DNA from: Candidatus Eiseniibacteriota bacterium | GTDB lineage: Bacteria; Eisenbacteria; RBG-16-71-46 | Assembly (NCBI GenBank): GCA_963725865.1 | Contig: CAVSAC010000015.1 | Span: 1-59,410, forward strand | Reading direction: 5' to 3' | DNA: 59,410 bases | In this document: piece after piece, positions 11,414 through 23,314 of the stretch | Position numbering within the stretch: position 1 is the first letter of the stretch | Layout of the letters: every line of letters begins with the position of its first letter | Translations under genes and position numbers: made by a program | Notes under the pieces: model-generated | Database searches by the model: none | Told to the model about the DNA's origin: nothing | What the model saw: the letters and a program-made list of their open reading frames with translations, nothing else

Positions 11414-12325
11414 TCAGCGCGCGGGCAGCGAGTCGAGCCAGGCTGCGGCCTCGTGGGCCATGTCGGCGATGAGCGCGCGGCGCTCGGGCAGCACGTGGGT
11501 GTCGGCGCGCCAGCGGATGGTGGCGTGCGGCATCAGCGCGTGCAGCCGCGCCACGCACTCGCGCGGGATGCGCTCGTCGCGCGCGGCGTTGATCACCAGC
11601 GCCGGCAGGCCGAGCGCCGCGGCGTGATGCGCGGGCTCGAGCGGATCGAGCAGGCCCGCGCCGAGCGTGGCGAGCGGGCCGGCGAGCCAGCGCGGGTGGG
11701 TCTCGCGCGCGAGCCCGAAGCGCATCGCGGGCTGTAGCCCCGCGAAGCCGTCGATCAGCACCAGCGCCGCCGGGCGGCGCGAGAGGCGCAGCGCCGCGAT
11801 CGAGGGCGGCGCGCCCAGGCTGGCGCCGAGCAGCGCCACGCGCGCGGTGTCCACCCCGGGTGCGCGCGCCACCGCGTCGAGGCCGAGCGCCAGGCACGCC
11901 GGCGTGTGCAGCAGCGCCTCGCGCAGCCGTGGCGCCACCAGCGCCAGGTGCAGGCCATGCATGCGCCGCGCGCCGTGCCACGGCCAGTCCACCGCCAGCA
12001 CGTGCACCGGCAGATCGTCGGGGAAGAGCAGAGCCGCGCGGTCGCCGGTGCCGATGCCTCCCAGCATCACCACGGTCCAAGGCCGCGCCGCGCCGGGCGC
12101 GGCGGCGCGCCACAGCGCCAGCGCGGTGTCGCCGCGCGCATCGATCATGCGCCAGCGCTCCACGCGCTCGCCCAGGTCGGGGCGCGGCTCGCGCTCGAGG
12201 CGCGCCAGCGGGGCGAAGCGCGCGCGCAGCGCCGCGACCGGCGCGCCGGGCCCGCCGCCGCGCACCAGCGCGATCGCGGCCGCGGCGAGCGCGAGCGCGG
12301 CGAGCAGTGCGAGCGCCTTCCTCAC
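11414..12325 (-). CDS. Exported alpha/beta hydrolase-fold protein
   Basis: GTG start with signal peptide, G-A-S-L-G nucleophile elbow, RDERIP and DTHVLP candidate Asp/His residues. Confidence 0.6.
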   Translation of the reverse strand: MRKALALLAALALAAAAIALVRGGGPGAPVAALRARFAPLARLEREPRPDLGERVERWRMIDARGDTALALWRAAAPGAARPWTVVMLGGIGTGDRAALLFPDDLPVHVLAVDWPWHGARRMHGLHLALVAPRLREALLHTPACLALGLDAVARAPGVDTARVALLGASLGAPPSIAALRLSRRPAALVLIDGFAGLQPAMRFGLARETHPRWLAGPLATLGAGLLDPLEPAHHAAALGLPALVINAARDERIPRECVARLHALMPHATIRWRADTHVLPERRALIADMAHEAAAWLDSLPAR

Positions 12326-13102
12326 AGCCGGACGACGCCCTCGAGATACGGTGCGACGTGGCCGCCGATCGAGACCCGATCGCCGCGATGCTCGCAGAAC
12401 AGCTCGCCGCCGCGCGCCGAGACCTGGAGCGCGTGCAGCTTCTTCTTGCCCAGCCGCTGCGCCCAGTACGGCACCAGCGTGCAGTGCGCCGAGCCGGTGA
12501 CCGGGTCCTCGGGCACCCCCACCGCGGGCGCGAAGAAGCGCGACACGAAGTCGACCGTCTTCCCCGGCGCGGTGACGATCACCGCGTGCAGGCCGAGCGC
12601 GGCGACCGCGTCGATGTTCGGCTTGAGCGCGCGCACCTCGTCCTCGTCCTCGAACACCGCCAGCAGGTCGCGCGAGGCGAGCGTGGCCACCGGGGTGCGG
12701 CCGAGCGCGGTGGGAAGCCCGGCCGGCATGGCGCAGGGCGCGGGGGCCGCGCGTCGGGAAGTCCATCACCAGGCGCTCGCCCTCGCGCGCCACGGTGAGC
12801 GGGCCGCTGCGGGTGTGGAACGTCACGCTCTCGCGCAGCGGCTCGAGCTGGGTGAACACCACGAACGCCGACGCCAGCGTGGCGTGTCCGCACAGGTCCA
12901 TCTCGACCGCGGGCGTGAACCAGCGCAGGTCGTAGTCGGGCCCGCTCGGCACGAAGAACGCGGTCTCGGAGAGGTTGTTCTCGGCCGCGATGGCCTGCAG
13001 CTTCGCGTCGCCGAGCCACGTGGTGAGCGGCATCACCGCCGCCGGGTTGCCGTGGAACACCTCGGAAGCGAACGCGTCCACCTGATACAGACGTAGCTCC
13101 AT
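12322..13102 (-). CDS. PhzF family (YddE-like) isomerase; frameshift near 12750
   Basis: YQVDAF...GNPAAV, NLSETAF, RWFTP..EMDLCGHATLA, SRFFAP..GVPEDPVTGSAHC. Confidence 0.9.
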
Positions 13103-13283
13103 GTCACCCTCCCGACGGTCGCGGCGCCGACGCGGCGTATCCCGCGCGGCCGGACGCGCTCGCGGCGGGATTGTAGCGGGGGTGAGCGCCGCGCACGAGT
13201 CGCGCGGCGTGGGCGGCGCCGCGGCGCAGGCCCAGCCGGGTCGCGGAGCCTAGCGGCGCCGCGCACCGGGCGCCGCGCCGGCG

Positions 13284-13769
13284 TCAGCGCTGCGGCCGGA
13301 CCACGCCGAGCGCACACTCCATGAAGAGCGCGCCCGGGATCGGGTTGTGGCGGTAGGGCCGGATGTCGACGAAGCCGAGCGCGCGGTAGAGCGCGATCGC
13401 CGCGTCCATCCCCGGCACGGTGTCGAGCCGCATGCGGGCATAGCCGAGCCGGCGCGCCTCGGCGAGGATGCGCTCCGCGAGCGCGAGGCCCAGCCCGCCG
13501 CCGCGGCAGTCGGAACGGACGTAGAGCCGCTTCATCTCGCACGCGTCCGCTTCGAGCGGGCGCAGCGCCACGCAGCCGGCGGGTCGGCTGCACGTCCACG
13601 CCACGAACAGCGCACCCCGTGGCGGCGCGTAGTCGCCGGGCAGCGTCGCCAGCTCGCGCTCGAAGTCCTGGAAGCCGAGGTCGAAGCCGAGTCCCGCGGC
13701 GTATTCGCGGAACAGGGCGCGGACGATCTCGAGGTCCTCGGGAAAGCGCGCGGCGCGCAGGTCGTGCAT
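13284..13769 (-). CDS. GNAT-family N-acetyltransferase
   Basis: FQDFERELATLPGDYAPP, CEMKRLYV...RGGGLG, MRLDT...AIALYRALGF. Confidence 0.9.
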   Translation of the reverse strand: MHDLRAARFPEDLEIVRALFREYAAGLGFDLGFQDFERELATLPGDYAPPRGALFVAWTCSRPAGCVALRPLEADACEMKRLYVRSDCRGGGLGLALAERILAEARRLGYARMRLDTVPGMDAAIALYRALGFVDIRPYRHNPIPGALFMECALGVVRPQR

Positions 13770-13805
13770 GCGCGAAGCCTAGCACGGCGCCGCGCGCCGG
13801 CGGCG

Positions 13806-15026
13806 TTAGCCCAGCCGCTCCCAGACGCGCCGGGCGCACTCGCGGGCGCGGGCGGCGACCTCGCGCTCGTCGACGGTCGACGAGCGTGCCGTTGTCCACC
13901 ACGATCTCGCCCGCCACCATCACGCCCGAGACCGGGCGCGCGCAGCAGGCCCGACCACAGGTGCGCGTGAGCGTGCGCGAGGAGAACTCGGTCGCGGGGC
14001 GGTAGTCCACCAGGATGAGGTCGGCCGGCGCGCCGGGCGGATGCGGCCGAGCTCCTCGCCGAAGTGGTCCGTCGCCCAGCGCGCGCCGGCGCACGAACAG
14101 CCGCCGGTAGTGCGCCTCGGCCGCCCGCCCTGCGTCGCACGGGCCGTCGGGCAGCGGCGGCGCGTTCGCGCCGTCGTCGCTGCCCCACGCCACCTCCGCC
14201 TCGCGCACGAGCGCGGCGGCCGGCCGACCGGTCGCGCACAGCGAGTCGCCGCGCTCGCGCACCGCGCCGACCAGGTCGCGCGGCGCGCGCTCGGCGTGCG
14301 CCCACAGCGCCGGCAGCGTCGTCCGCGGGCAGCGAGTCGCGCGCGCGTCCAGCGCTCGGCGGGCGTCAGGTCGAGCGCCAGGTCCACGTGCACCGGCAGC
14401 AGCCCGCCGGCGCTCTCGATCGCCTCGGCGAGCAGCGTCTCGATGCCGTGCAGGCGCGTCGCCTGCACGCCGAGCATGCCGCGCAGCCGGCCGCGGCGCG
14501 TGCGCGCGAGGTCGCGCGCGAAGCCGACGCACTCGTCGATCGCGGCGCGGCGCTCGAGCGGCGTGTCGTCCTCGGCCGCGCCGTAGCAGGTCGCGACGCG
14601 CACGCCGGACTTGCGCGGCCGCCGACCACCTCGGCGAGCGAGAGGTCGAGGCAGGCGCCCGAGCGGTGGAAGTCCACGACCGTCGTGACGCCGTGGCGCA
14701 CGCCCTCGACGAGCGCGGCGGTCGACGCCCCAGAGCGACGTCCTCGGCCGACAGCGCGCGGTCGTAGCGCCGCCACTCGGCCGGCGTGCGCAGCCCCAGC
14801 CCGCGCGCCAGGTGGCGCGCGAGGTGCGCGTGCGCGTTGATCAGAGCCCGGGCATGAGCACGCGGCCGCGCGCCGGCCACAGCGTCTCGTTCGGGTAGGC
14901 GGCCGCGAGGTCGCCGAGCGTCGAGCCGACTGCGCGATGTGCGCGCCGACGACGCGCACCGCGGCGTTCTCGTAGCACCTGCGGCTCGGGGCCGCCGGTC
15001 ACGATCGTGCAGGGCCCGACGATCAC
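13806..15026 (-). CDS. Amidohydrolase, SsnA-like (many read frameshifts)
   Basis: VLMPGL/INAHAHL (HxH), GVTTVVDFH, PGAPADLILVDY and VMVAGEIVV, pieced together across frames. Confidence 0.7.
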
Positions 15027-16408
15027 TGCGCGCGCTCCGGTCTCGGCGCGGCGCACCAGCGCGCGCGCCTCGGCGCGCGCCTCGGCCCAGCACGCGGTCG
15101 GGATCGAGCGTGGCCCACGTCGCCGCGCTCGTAGAGCACGCGGCCCGGCGACCACGGTGAGGCGCACGTCGCGCGGCCGGCGCCGCGTGCACGAGCGTGG
15201 CGTACGGGTCCGCGGCGCTCGAACGGCGCGCGGTGCGGCGCCGACGACGTCCACCACCACGACGTCGGCCTGCTTGCCGACCTCGAGCGAGCCGATGCGC
15301 TCGCCGAGCCCCAGCGCGCGCGCGCCGTCGATGGTCGCGAGCGCCACCACGTCGCGCGCGTCGAGTGGCGCCTCGCGGCGCCTGCACGCGCGCGATGCCC
15401 GGCCGCGAGCCCCATCTCGGCGAACGTGTCGAGGCGGTTGTTGCACGCGGCGCCGTCGGAGCCGAGCCCGCAGCGGATGCCCGCGCGCGCCAGCGGCGCA
15501 CGTCGGCGAAGCCCGAGCCGAGCTTGAGGTTCGAGCCCGGGCAGTGCACGAGCGCCGCGTCGGCGCGCGCCAGCAGGTCCAGCTCGCCGTCGTCGAGCCA
15601 CACGCCGTGCGCGCCGACGAAGCGCTCCGCTCAGCACCTCGTGCCTCGCGAAGTAGGGCGCGGCGTCGCGCCGACCGCCGCCTTCACCTCGGCGCCCTCG
15701 TTCGGGCGCCTCGGCGATGTGCGTGTGCACGAGCAGCCCGCGCTCGCGCGAGGCCGCGGCGACGTCGTGCCACAGCGCCTCGCTGCACGAGAGGATGAAG
15801 CGCGGCGCGAGCGAGACGTGCAGCCGCCCGTCCGCGGTGCCGTGGAAGCGCTGGGCGAGCGCGAGCGCGTCGGCGAGGGCGACGCCACGGTCCTCGCGCA
15901 GCGCCTCGGGCACGCCCTCGCCCTCGTCCATCAGCGCCTGGCCGAACATCGCGCGCAGGCCGGTCTGCGCGAGCACCTCGCCCATCACGTCGGTGTGGCG
16001 CGCCGTGCCCATGTCGTTGACGCACGTGACGCCGCCCGCGAGCAGCTCGAGCACGCCGAGCCGCACCGACGCCGCGATCGAGGCCTCGGTGTGCGCCGCC
16101 TCGAGCGGCCAGATGCTCTCGCGCAGCCAGCGCAGCAGGTCGCTCTGCTCGGCGAGCCCGCGGAACAGCGTCTGGCACAGGTGCAGGTGCCCGTGGACGA
16201 AGCCCGGCACGACGAGCGCGCCGCCGGCGTCGAACGCCTCGATGGCGTGGCCGCCGGGCAGCGCCGCGAGCGCGGCGGGCACGGCGTCGCCGAGCGCCGC
16301 GATGCGGTCGTCGCGCACCAGCAGGTCGCCGCGCACGACGGTGCCGGCGGCGTCCATGCACACCAGCGTGCCGCAATGGATGAGGAACGAACTCAGAACG
16401 GCCTCCAT
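15023..16408 (-). CDS. Amidohydrolase (MtaD/5'-deoxyadenosine deaminase-like); frameshifted
   Basis: PGFVHGHLHLCQTLFRG, GVTCVNDMG, HTHIAE, HCPGSNLKLGSG, GSDGAACNN, GSLEVGKQAD. Confidence 0.85.
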   Translation of the reverse strand: MEAVLSSFLIHCGTLVCMDAAGTVVRGDLLVRDDRIAALGDAVPAALAALPGGHAIEAFDAGGALVVPGFVHGHLHLCQTLFRGLAEQSDLLRWLRESIWPLEAAHTEASIAASVRLGVLELLAGGVTCVNDMGTARHTDVMGEVLAQTGLRAMFGQALMDEGEGVPEALREDRGVALADALALAQRFHGTADGRLHVSLAPRFILSCSEALWHDVAAASRERGLLVHTHIAEAPERGRRGEGGGRRDAAPYFARHEVLSGALRRRARRVARRRRAGPAGARRRGARALPGLEPQARLGLRRRAPLARAGIRCGLGSDGAACNNRLDTFAEMGLAAGHRARAGAARRHSTRATWWRSRPSTARARWGSASASARSRSASRPTSWWWTSSAPHRAPFERRGPVRHARARGAGRATCASPWSPGRVLYERGDVGHARSRPRAGPRRAPRRARWCAAPRPERAQ

Positions 16409-16661
16409 GCCGCCGCGGGGATCCAGCCCGGCGTCCGTGCCGGTGTGGCGTGACGCATCGGAGCGCCGGCCCCGCGAGCGTGGCGGGGCCCGGCGCTCCC
16501 TCGCGTCTTTCGCGTCGGAGAGACGGGAGAAACGTGGCACCGCGAGCGGGGGGTGTCAAGATGAACGCGCTCGCTCCCGGGGGCCCTCCGCCGCGGGCCG
16601 GCGCGACCGGGTTCCGCCGTGGCTGACGCCCTCGAGGACGGCGCCAGACCGCGCCCGCGCC

Positions 16662-18914
16662 TCACCGTCGCTCGATCACCTCGGCGGCCTGGCTCACCAG
16701 CTCGGCCTCGCGCTGCAGCGCCGCGGCGACGCGCACGATCTGCGCGTCGGCGGCCTGCCACTGCTTCTGCTCGATGGCCTCGCGCACGCCGGGCATGGTC
16801 TTCACGCCGTAGCCGGTGTAGAAGCCCGGCGCGTAGAGCAGGTGGCGGTACCACGGCCGCTTCGGCAGACCGTCCTCGGCGAGCAGCACCCGATCCCCCT
16901 GGCGGATGAGCGCGTTCGCCCGCGCGAAGGCCGCGGTGTCCGCCTCCGCGGCGATCGCGGTCGCGTAGGCCTTCTCGTAGCGCGCCGCCGCGCGCGCCAG
17001 CGTGTCGGCGGCGTTGTCGAGCGGCGCGAAGCCCAGCACGGGCGGGAGCGGCTCCGCGTGCGGCGCGCGCTGGGGCCGCCGCGGATCGTCGGTGGCGGCG
17101 AAGACGCCCTCTTCGAGCTGGCGGTCGCGCTCGGCGATCTCCCTGGCGCTCGCCTCGCGCAGCTCCTTCAGCTCCGCGATGTACGTGGCGACCGTCTCCG
17201 CGAGGTCGCCGAACTCGTACGGGAGCAGCTCGGCGTCGGCCATGCGCAGGACCGCGGTGCCGGCCGTCTGCGCCAGGGCGCGCCCGTACACGAACGACGA
17301 GTCGCTGAAGTGCGAGAACCAGTACAGGTCGTCGTAGACGGAGTGGTAGACCCCGCCCCCGTCCTCGCCGCCGTAGCCGGCGTTGAGGGTCGGGACGCCG
17401 GCGTGCTGCAGGAACGGCGTGAAGTCGGAGCCCGAGCCGAGCGCGTCGATGCGCAGGTCGGCGCGCTCGCGCGCCTCGCGGCGCGCCTTCTCGCCGCCGT
17501 TGCGGATGAGCGCGGCCTGCTGGCGCTTCCACACCGGGAGTCCGGTCTCGGGATCCTCGATGGACCGCGCGACCTCGTTGACGAACCGCTCGAGCGTGTG
17601 TGAGCCACCGATGTCGAGGTAGCCGCGGCCGTTGGAGTCGCTGTTGAGGTACAGCACCGCCTTGCTCGCGATCTCGTCGCCATGGGTCTCGACCCACTCG
17701 GTGGAGCCGAGCAGTCCGGCCTCCTCGCCATCCCAGGCGGCGTACACCAGGGTGCGCTTCGGCCGCCAGCCCTGTTGGACCAGGGTGCCGATCGCGCGCG
17801 CCTCCTCGAGCTCCGCGACCAGGCCGGAGATCGGATCCGACGCGCCGTTCACCCACGCGTCGTCGTGGTTGCCGCGCACCACCCACTCGTCGGGGTGCTG
17901 GGTGCCGGGGAGGCGCGCGATCACGTCGAAGACCGGCCGCAGCGACCAGTCGAACGCCACCTTGAGGTGCACGCGCGCGGGGCCCGGGCCGATGCGGTAG
18001 GTGATGGGCAGGGCGCCGCGCCAGGACTCGGGCGCCACCGGGCCGGCGAGCGCGGCCAGCAGCGGCTGGGCGTCGGCGTACGAGATCGGCAGCACCGGGA
18101 TGCGCATCAGCGTCGCCGCCTCGCGGCGATCGAGACGCCTGGCGTCGCGGGTGGCGCCGACGCCGGGGGTGAGCGGATCGCCGGAGTAGATCGGCATGTC
18201 CGCCACGCTGCCGCGCTGCACCCCGTCGCGCGGGCGGAACGGCCCCTGCGGGAACGTCTCGCCCTGCGCGTAGCCGTCGTCCTTCGGGTCAGAGTAGATG
18301 ATGCAGCCGACGGCGCCGTGCTCGGCGGCCACCTTGGGCTTGATGCCGCGCCACGAGCCGCCGTAGCGCGCGATCACGATCGCGCCCGTCACCGAGACGC
18401 CGCGCCGCTCCAGCTCCTCGTAGTCGGCGGGCACGCCGCGATTGACGTAGACCAGCGGCGCGGTGACGTCGCCGTCGGCCGAGTAGGCGTTGTAGCCGGG
18501 CAGCTGCTCGGACTTCTGCTTCGAGGTCGGATCCTGCGCGAGCGCGGGCTCGTCGAGGCGCGCGGTGAACCGCGTCGGGGCCACCAGCTCGAGCCGCCGG
18601 ACGGTGGGGATCGGGAACAGCACCTGGAACTCCTCGATGCTCGCGTCCCAGCCGTACGAGGCGAACTGCCCGCGGATCCACTCGGCGTTGGCGCGGTCGT
18701 ACGCCGAGCCGATGTGGTGGGGGCGGGCGCTCAGCCGGCGCATCGCCTCGCGCATGTGCTGGGGGTCGGGCAGCGCGCGGAACCGGGCCTCCAGCTCCCG
18801 CTGCGCGGTGGCGGCGCGCGGGGTGAAGCCGCGCGGGTCGGACTGGGCGCGGGCGGCGAGCGGCAGCAGGACCAGGGCGAGGCAGCACGGGATCAGGGCG
18901 CGAGCGTGCGACAC
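16662..18914 (-). CDS. M28 peptidase, glutamate carboxypeptidase II / transferrin-receptor-like (PA + TFR dimerisation domains)
   Basis: Signal peptide, ARYGGSWRGIKPK, GNHDDAWVNGASDP, WDGEE.GLLGSTEW, YHSVYD, RPWYRHLLYAPG.YTGY. Confidence 0.9.
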   Translation of the reverse strand: MSHARALIPCCLALVLLPLAARAQSDPRGFTPRAATAQRELEARFRALPDPQHMREAMRRLSARPHHIGSAYDRANAEWIRGQFASYGWDASIEEFQVLFPIPTVRRLELVAPTRFTARLDEPALAQDPTSKQKSEQLPGYNAYSADGDVTAPLVYVNRGVPADYEELERRGVSVTGAIVIARYGGSWRGIKPKVAAEHGAVGCIIYSDPKDDGYAQGETFPQGPFRPRDGVQRGSVADMPIYSGDPLTPGVGATRDARRLDRREAATLMRIPVLPISYADAQPLLAALAGPVAPESWRGALPITYRIGPGPARVHLKVAFDWSLRPVFDVIARLPGTQHPDEWVVRGNHDDAWVNGASDPISGLVAELEEARAIGTLVQQGWRPKRTLVYAAWDGEEAGLLGSTEWVETHGDEIASKAVLYLNSDSNGRGYLDIGGSHTLERFVNEVARSIEDPETGLPVWKRQQAALIRNGGEKARREARERADLRIDALGSGSDFTPFLQHAGVPTLNAGYGGEDGGGVYHSVYDDLYWFSHFSDSSFVYGRALAQTAGTAVLRMADAELLPYEFGDLAETVATYIAELKELREASAREIAERDRQLEEGVFAATDDPRRPQRAPHAEPLPPVLGFAPLDNAADTLARAAARYEKAYATAIAAEADTAAFARANALIRQGDRVLLAEDGLPKRPWYRHLLYAPGFYTGYGVKTMPGVREAIEQKQWQAADAQIVRVAAALQREAELVSQAAEVIERR

Positions 18915-19104
18915 GGGAGGCTCCTCCGGGGAATGCGTCCGAGCGGGCGGCGAGTGCCGGCAAGTTAGTCCGTCGCGGGCGGGCCTTCCACAGCGTTTCG
19001 CCGTGCGCGGATCCCGCGCGCCCCGAACGCGGCGGCGCGGACGCCGGCGCGCGCGGACGCGCCCGCCGTTGACCCCCATCGCGCGCCCTCCTACCCTGCC
19101 GCGC

Positions 19105-20565
19105 ATGGACCGCCAGGCCCTCCCTCTCGTGCGCGCGGTGCACGTGACCGATCCGCTCGACGCCGCGCGCGCGCTCGCCGGCCTGCCGTATCCGTTCCTG
19201 CTCCACTCCGCGCTCGACGGACGAGCGCGCGCGCTGGTCGTTCTTCGGCGCCGACCCGTTCGCGATCTTCCGCGGCGGCGACCACGGCGGCGGCGATCGA
19301 CGACGTTCCGCCGCATCGCGGCATGCGCGCACCGCGCGGGGCGGGCGCACTCCGACGGCGTGCCGTTCACCGGCGGCGCGGTGGGCTACTGGGCGTACGA
19401 CTACGGCCGCCGACTCGAGCGGCTGCCCGCGCTCGCGCTCGACGACCTCGGGTCTGCCCGACTTCGTGCTCGGGCTCTACGACGTGGTCGGGCGCGTACG
19501 ACCACGACACGCAGCAGACGTGGCTGTTCTCGAGCGGCCTGCCGCTCGACGAGCCGGGACGTGCGCGGCGCACGCGGCGCGAGCGGCTCGACGCAGTTCG
19601 CGCGGCGGCTCGAGCGTGGCCACGGCCGCGGCCGGCGCCGCCCGCGGAGCGCGCGAGCGCGGCTCGCGCGCGCGATCTCGGCACGTTCACGCCGCGGGCT
19701 ACCGGCGACGCGGTGCGAGCGCGTGCGCGACCACATCCGCGCGCGGCGACATCTTCCAGGCCAACCTCTCGCAGCGCTGGAGGCTGCGCGCGAGCGCGAC
19801 GCGCTCGCCGCGTTCGCGCTCGCGCTGCTACGAGTCGCTGGCGCAGCTCTCGCCGGCGCCGTACGCGGCGCTACCTGGGCGCGGCCGACCACGCCTGCTC
19901 TCGGCGAGCCCGGAGCGCTTCCTCGACGCTGCGCGGCGCGCGCGTCGAGACGCGGCCCGATCAAGGGCACGCGCCCGCGCGGCGCCGACGCCGGCGGCGG
20001 ACGCGCGCTCGCGGCCGAGCTGCTCGGCGAGCGCCAAGGACCGCGCCGAGAACGTGATGATCGTGGACGTGCTGCGCAACGACCTGGGCCGCGTGTGCGA
20101 GACCGGCACGCGTGCGCGGCGCCGGCGCTGTGCGAGCTGGAGCGCTTCCCGCAGGTGCAGCACCTGACCTCGACCGTGACCGGCACGGCTGCGCGCAGGC
20201 GCTCGATGCGTTCGACCTGCTGCACGCGTGCTTCCCGGGCGGCTCGATCACCGGCGCGCCCAAGATCCGCGCGATGGAGATCATCGAGACGCTCGAGCCG
20301 GTGCGGCGCCACGTCGTACACCGGCGCGATCGGCTGGCTCGGCTGGGACGGCGACGCCGACTGGAACATCGCGATCCGCACCGCGACTCGTGACCGCCGA
20401 CGGCCGTGCGTCTTCCACGCCGGCGGCGGCATCACCGCCGACTCCGACCCGCGACGCCGAGTACCGCGAGACGCTGGACAAGGCCGAGGGCCTGCGCGCG
20501 CGCGCTCGTCGAGCTCCTGGGCCGACTGGTGCTGCAGCCCGGCGAGGCGTCCGCCGGCGCGATGA
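19105..20565 (+). CDS. pabB: Aminodeoxychorismate synthase component I (heavily frameshifted in the read)
   Basis: [81 protein letters not shown]. Confidence 0.85.
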   Translation: MDRQALPLVRAVHVTDPLDAARALAGLPYPFLLHSALDGRARALVVLRRRPVRDLPRRRPRRRRSTTFRRIAACAHRAGRAHSDGVPFTGGAVGYWAYDYGRRLERLPALALDDLGSARLRARALRRGRARTTTTRSRRGCSRAACRSTSRDVRGARGASGSTQFARRLERGHGRGRRRPRSARARLARAISARSRRGLPATRCERVRDHIRARRHLPGQPLAALEAARERDALAAFALALLRVAGAALAGAVRGATWARPTTPALGEPGALPRRCAARASRRGPIKGTRPRGADAGGGRALAAELLGERQGPRRERDDRGRAAQRPGPRVRDRHACAAPALCELERFPQVQHLTSTVTGTAARRRSMRSTCCTRASRAARSPARPRSARWRSSRRSSRCGATSYTGAIGWLGWDGDADWNIAIRTATRDRRRPCVFHAGGGITADSDPRRRVPRDAGQGRGPARARSSSSWADWCCSPARRPPAR

Positions 20566-21453
20566 CGGCGCGCTGCCGCGCGGCGCGCGCGCGCCCGACC
20601 GCACCGTGTGGATCAACGGCCGGCTGGTGCGCGGCGCCGACGCGACGCTGTCAGCGTGTTCGACCGCGGCGCGCGCGACGGCGGCGGCATCTTCGAGACC
20701 GTGCGCGTCTACGGCGGGCGGCCGTTCGCGTGGGAGCGCCACATGGAGCGCCTGGTGCTGTCGGCGCGGCCGAGCTGGGCTTCCCGGTGCCGCCCGCGCC
20801 GCGCGCGCTGCGCGAGGCGATCGGCAGCGGTGCTCGCGGCCGAGGGCCTGCGCGACGCGGTGGTGCGCATCACGGTGACGCGCGGCATCGCCGGCGGCCG
20901 GCCGACGCGCGCGGGCGCGTGGGTCGAGGCCGAGCCGCTCGGCGCGCGGCTGTGGCGCGGGCACGCGGCCGGCGCCGCGCGCGCGATCGTGCTCGCGCGG
21001 TGCCGTTCGAGCCGGGCTGGCTCGGCGCGCCACAAGACCACGAGCCGGCTCGCGTGGGACCTGGCGCGCGAGGAGGCCCGCGCCGCGGGCGTGGACGAGG
21101 CGCTGCTGGTCTCGCCCGCGGGCGAGGTGCTCGAGGGCGCGGCGAGCAACCTGTTCGTGGTGCGCGACGACGAGCGTGCTCACGCCGCCGCTGGCGCGCG
21201 ACATGCTGCCCGGCGTGACGCGCGCGATCGTGCTCGAGCTGTGCGCGGAGCTCGGACTGCGCCGGCGCGCGAGGCGACGCTGTCGCGCGCCGCGCTCGGG
21301 CCGCGGACGAGGTGTTCCTCACCAACTCGGTGCAGGACATCGTGCGCATCGCCGTCGCTCGACGGTCGTGCGCGGGGCGACACGGGCGTGGCGGCGCGGC
21401 TGCTCGCGGCCTACCGCGAGCTGGTCGCCGCCGCGACGAGCGCGGCCGGCTAG
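20562..21453 (+). CDS. pabC: Class IV aminotransferase, probable 4-amino-4-deoxychorismate lyase
   Basis: VWINGRLV, FDRG..GGIFETVR, HKTTSR, EVLEGAASNLF, LPGVTR, FLTNSV; directly downstream of pabB. Confidence 0.7.
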
Positions 21454-21799
21454 CCCCAGCGCGCGGCGCGCATCCGCCGCACCGCGAGGCGCGCGGGCTG
21501 CGCACGCTCACCCGGCGCCGGGTGGCGTCGGCCCGACCGCGGGGCGCCCGCGCGTCCGCGACCACGCTCCGGAGCCAGCCGCGCGCCACTGCGAGGCGCG
21601 TCCGAGGCGCGTCGAGAGCGCGCCCGGCGCTCCCCGCGGCCCGGCGGCCGGCGCGCGAGTCCCGACCGCGGCACGGGCGTGCTCGTTCCAACGCATCCCG
21701 CACCGGTGGCACGTCGCTCTGCAATCTCAAGCAGTGGAGGGCGCCGCCCCCGCGTCCTCCGTCGCCACGATCGCACCGGACCCTGACCCCGAGGCCACC

Positions 21800-23211
21800 A
21801 TGCAGGTCACGCGGCGGACGGCTCGAGCTGCTCGTCCCGCACATGCTGCGCAGCCAGCTGCTGCGGCCGGGCTTCGTGCGCCTGAGCCTGCGACTCGGCG
21901 CCGCCCGCCAGATGCCGGCGTGGGCCAAGCTCCAGTTCACGAGCTACGGCGTCACGCGCCGAGGACCTCGACCGCGTGCTCGGCCGCGTCACGAGCCTCG
22001 AGTCGTGGGTCGACGAGTGGGAGGACGCTCGGCCGCGCGCACGAGCGCGCCGGGCGACGACGCGCTCGCGCTGCGGGCTCGACCGGCGAGGCCGCGCGCC
22101 GCTTCCTGGCGGCCTCGGCCGCGTACAACTTCGCGCAGTACGTCGTGTTCATGGACCGTCGCGCGCAAGCGCGCGCTGCACGAGTCGTGCGTGCGCGCCT
22201 ACGCGCAGGCCGCGCCGCTACTTCGACGTGCCCGCGCGTGCCGTTCGAGGTCGCCGTTCCGCAACCGCGCGTGCGCGGCTACCTGCGCGTGCCGCCGGGC
22301 GATGCGGCCGCGCGCCGGTGGTGGTGATGTTCAACGGCACGAACGCGGTGAAGGAGGAGCTGCACTGGTGGAGCGAGGCGCTGCTCGCGCCGCGGCCTGG
22401 CGACCGCGGTCACGTTCGACGGTCCCGGCCTGGGCGCAGACGTTCCACCGCCTCGTCGACGTGGCCGAGCCGCGGCCGGTCGGCGTCGCGATCATGAACC
22501 ACATCGAGTCGCATCCCGAGCTCGACTCCGACGCGGTCGCCTTCGCCGGGCTGCTCGCTCGGCGGCTACTGCGCGATCCGCATGGCGGCGCACGACCCGC
22601 GCGTGCGCGCGGTCGCGGCGGTGAGCCCGCCGTTCTCGGCCGACGTCTACTGGAACGTCACGCTGGTCGCGCATGCGCCGCGAGCTGGCCGCGCTCTACG
22701 ACATGCCGAGTCGAGGAGATGGACCGCCACATCCCGCGCATCACGCTCGGCCGACACGCTGCCGACGCTCGACCGTCCGCTCATGGTGGCCGGCGGCGGC
22801 CACGACATGATCACGCCCGGCGAGGAGGCGTACCGCATCTTCGAGGCCGCGCGCTGCGAGCGCGAGCTGGTGTTCTACCCGCGCGGCGCGCACGACTGCT
22901 TCAACGTGCTCGCCGACCTGCGGCCGCGCATGATCGGCTGGCTCGCGCGGCAGCCTGACGCGCCACCGCGCCGGGACCGGGCGCGCCCGGCCGCGCCGCG
23001 CGCGCCGCCGCGCGACCCGGCGTGGGTCGCCGCCGAGGCCGTCGACCCCGACTTCGCGGACGAGCTGCGCGGCGAGATCGAGCGCCCGCGCTGGAGCCGC
23101 GCGGCCTCGCCGGGCCTGCCGGTGGACTTCGCGCCGACGTGGGGGCCGCCCGATCCGGCGCGTCTGCGGGTGCAGGTGGTGACGCGGCTCGCCGCCGCGG
23201 AGATCTTCTGA
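21800..23211 (+). CDS. Alpha/beta hydrolase (FrsA / 2,6-dihydroxypseudooxynicotine hydrolase-like), frameshifted
   Basis: PVVVMFNG..AVKEE, FDGPG.G, S-L-G-G-Y elbow, GGHD and HDCFN catalytic Asp/His. Confidence 0.7.
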
Positions 23212-23265
23212 GATAGCCGCGCCACGCAGCGCGGCGGGCGCGGGGTCCCCGCGCGCCACACGCGA

Positions 23266-23297
23266 ACGGCCGCCCGGGCGACTCTCCGGGCGGCCGT
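23266..23297. terminator. Hairpin between convergent genes
   Basis: acggccgcccgg...ccgggcggccgt. Confidence 0.5.
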
Positions 23298-23314
23298 CGC
23301 ACGTCAGGCCGGGG

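Noticed and set aside
11414..13102. 562-aa PhzF-hydrolase fusion in the ORF track
   Set aside because: Caused by a frameshift near 12750; the PhzF C-terminus is in another frame (12322..12729) and the hydrolase has its own signal peptide.
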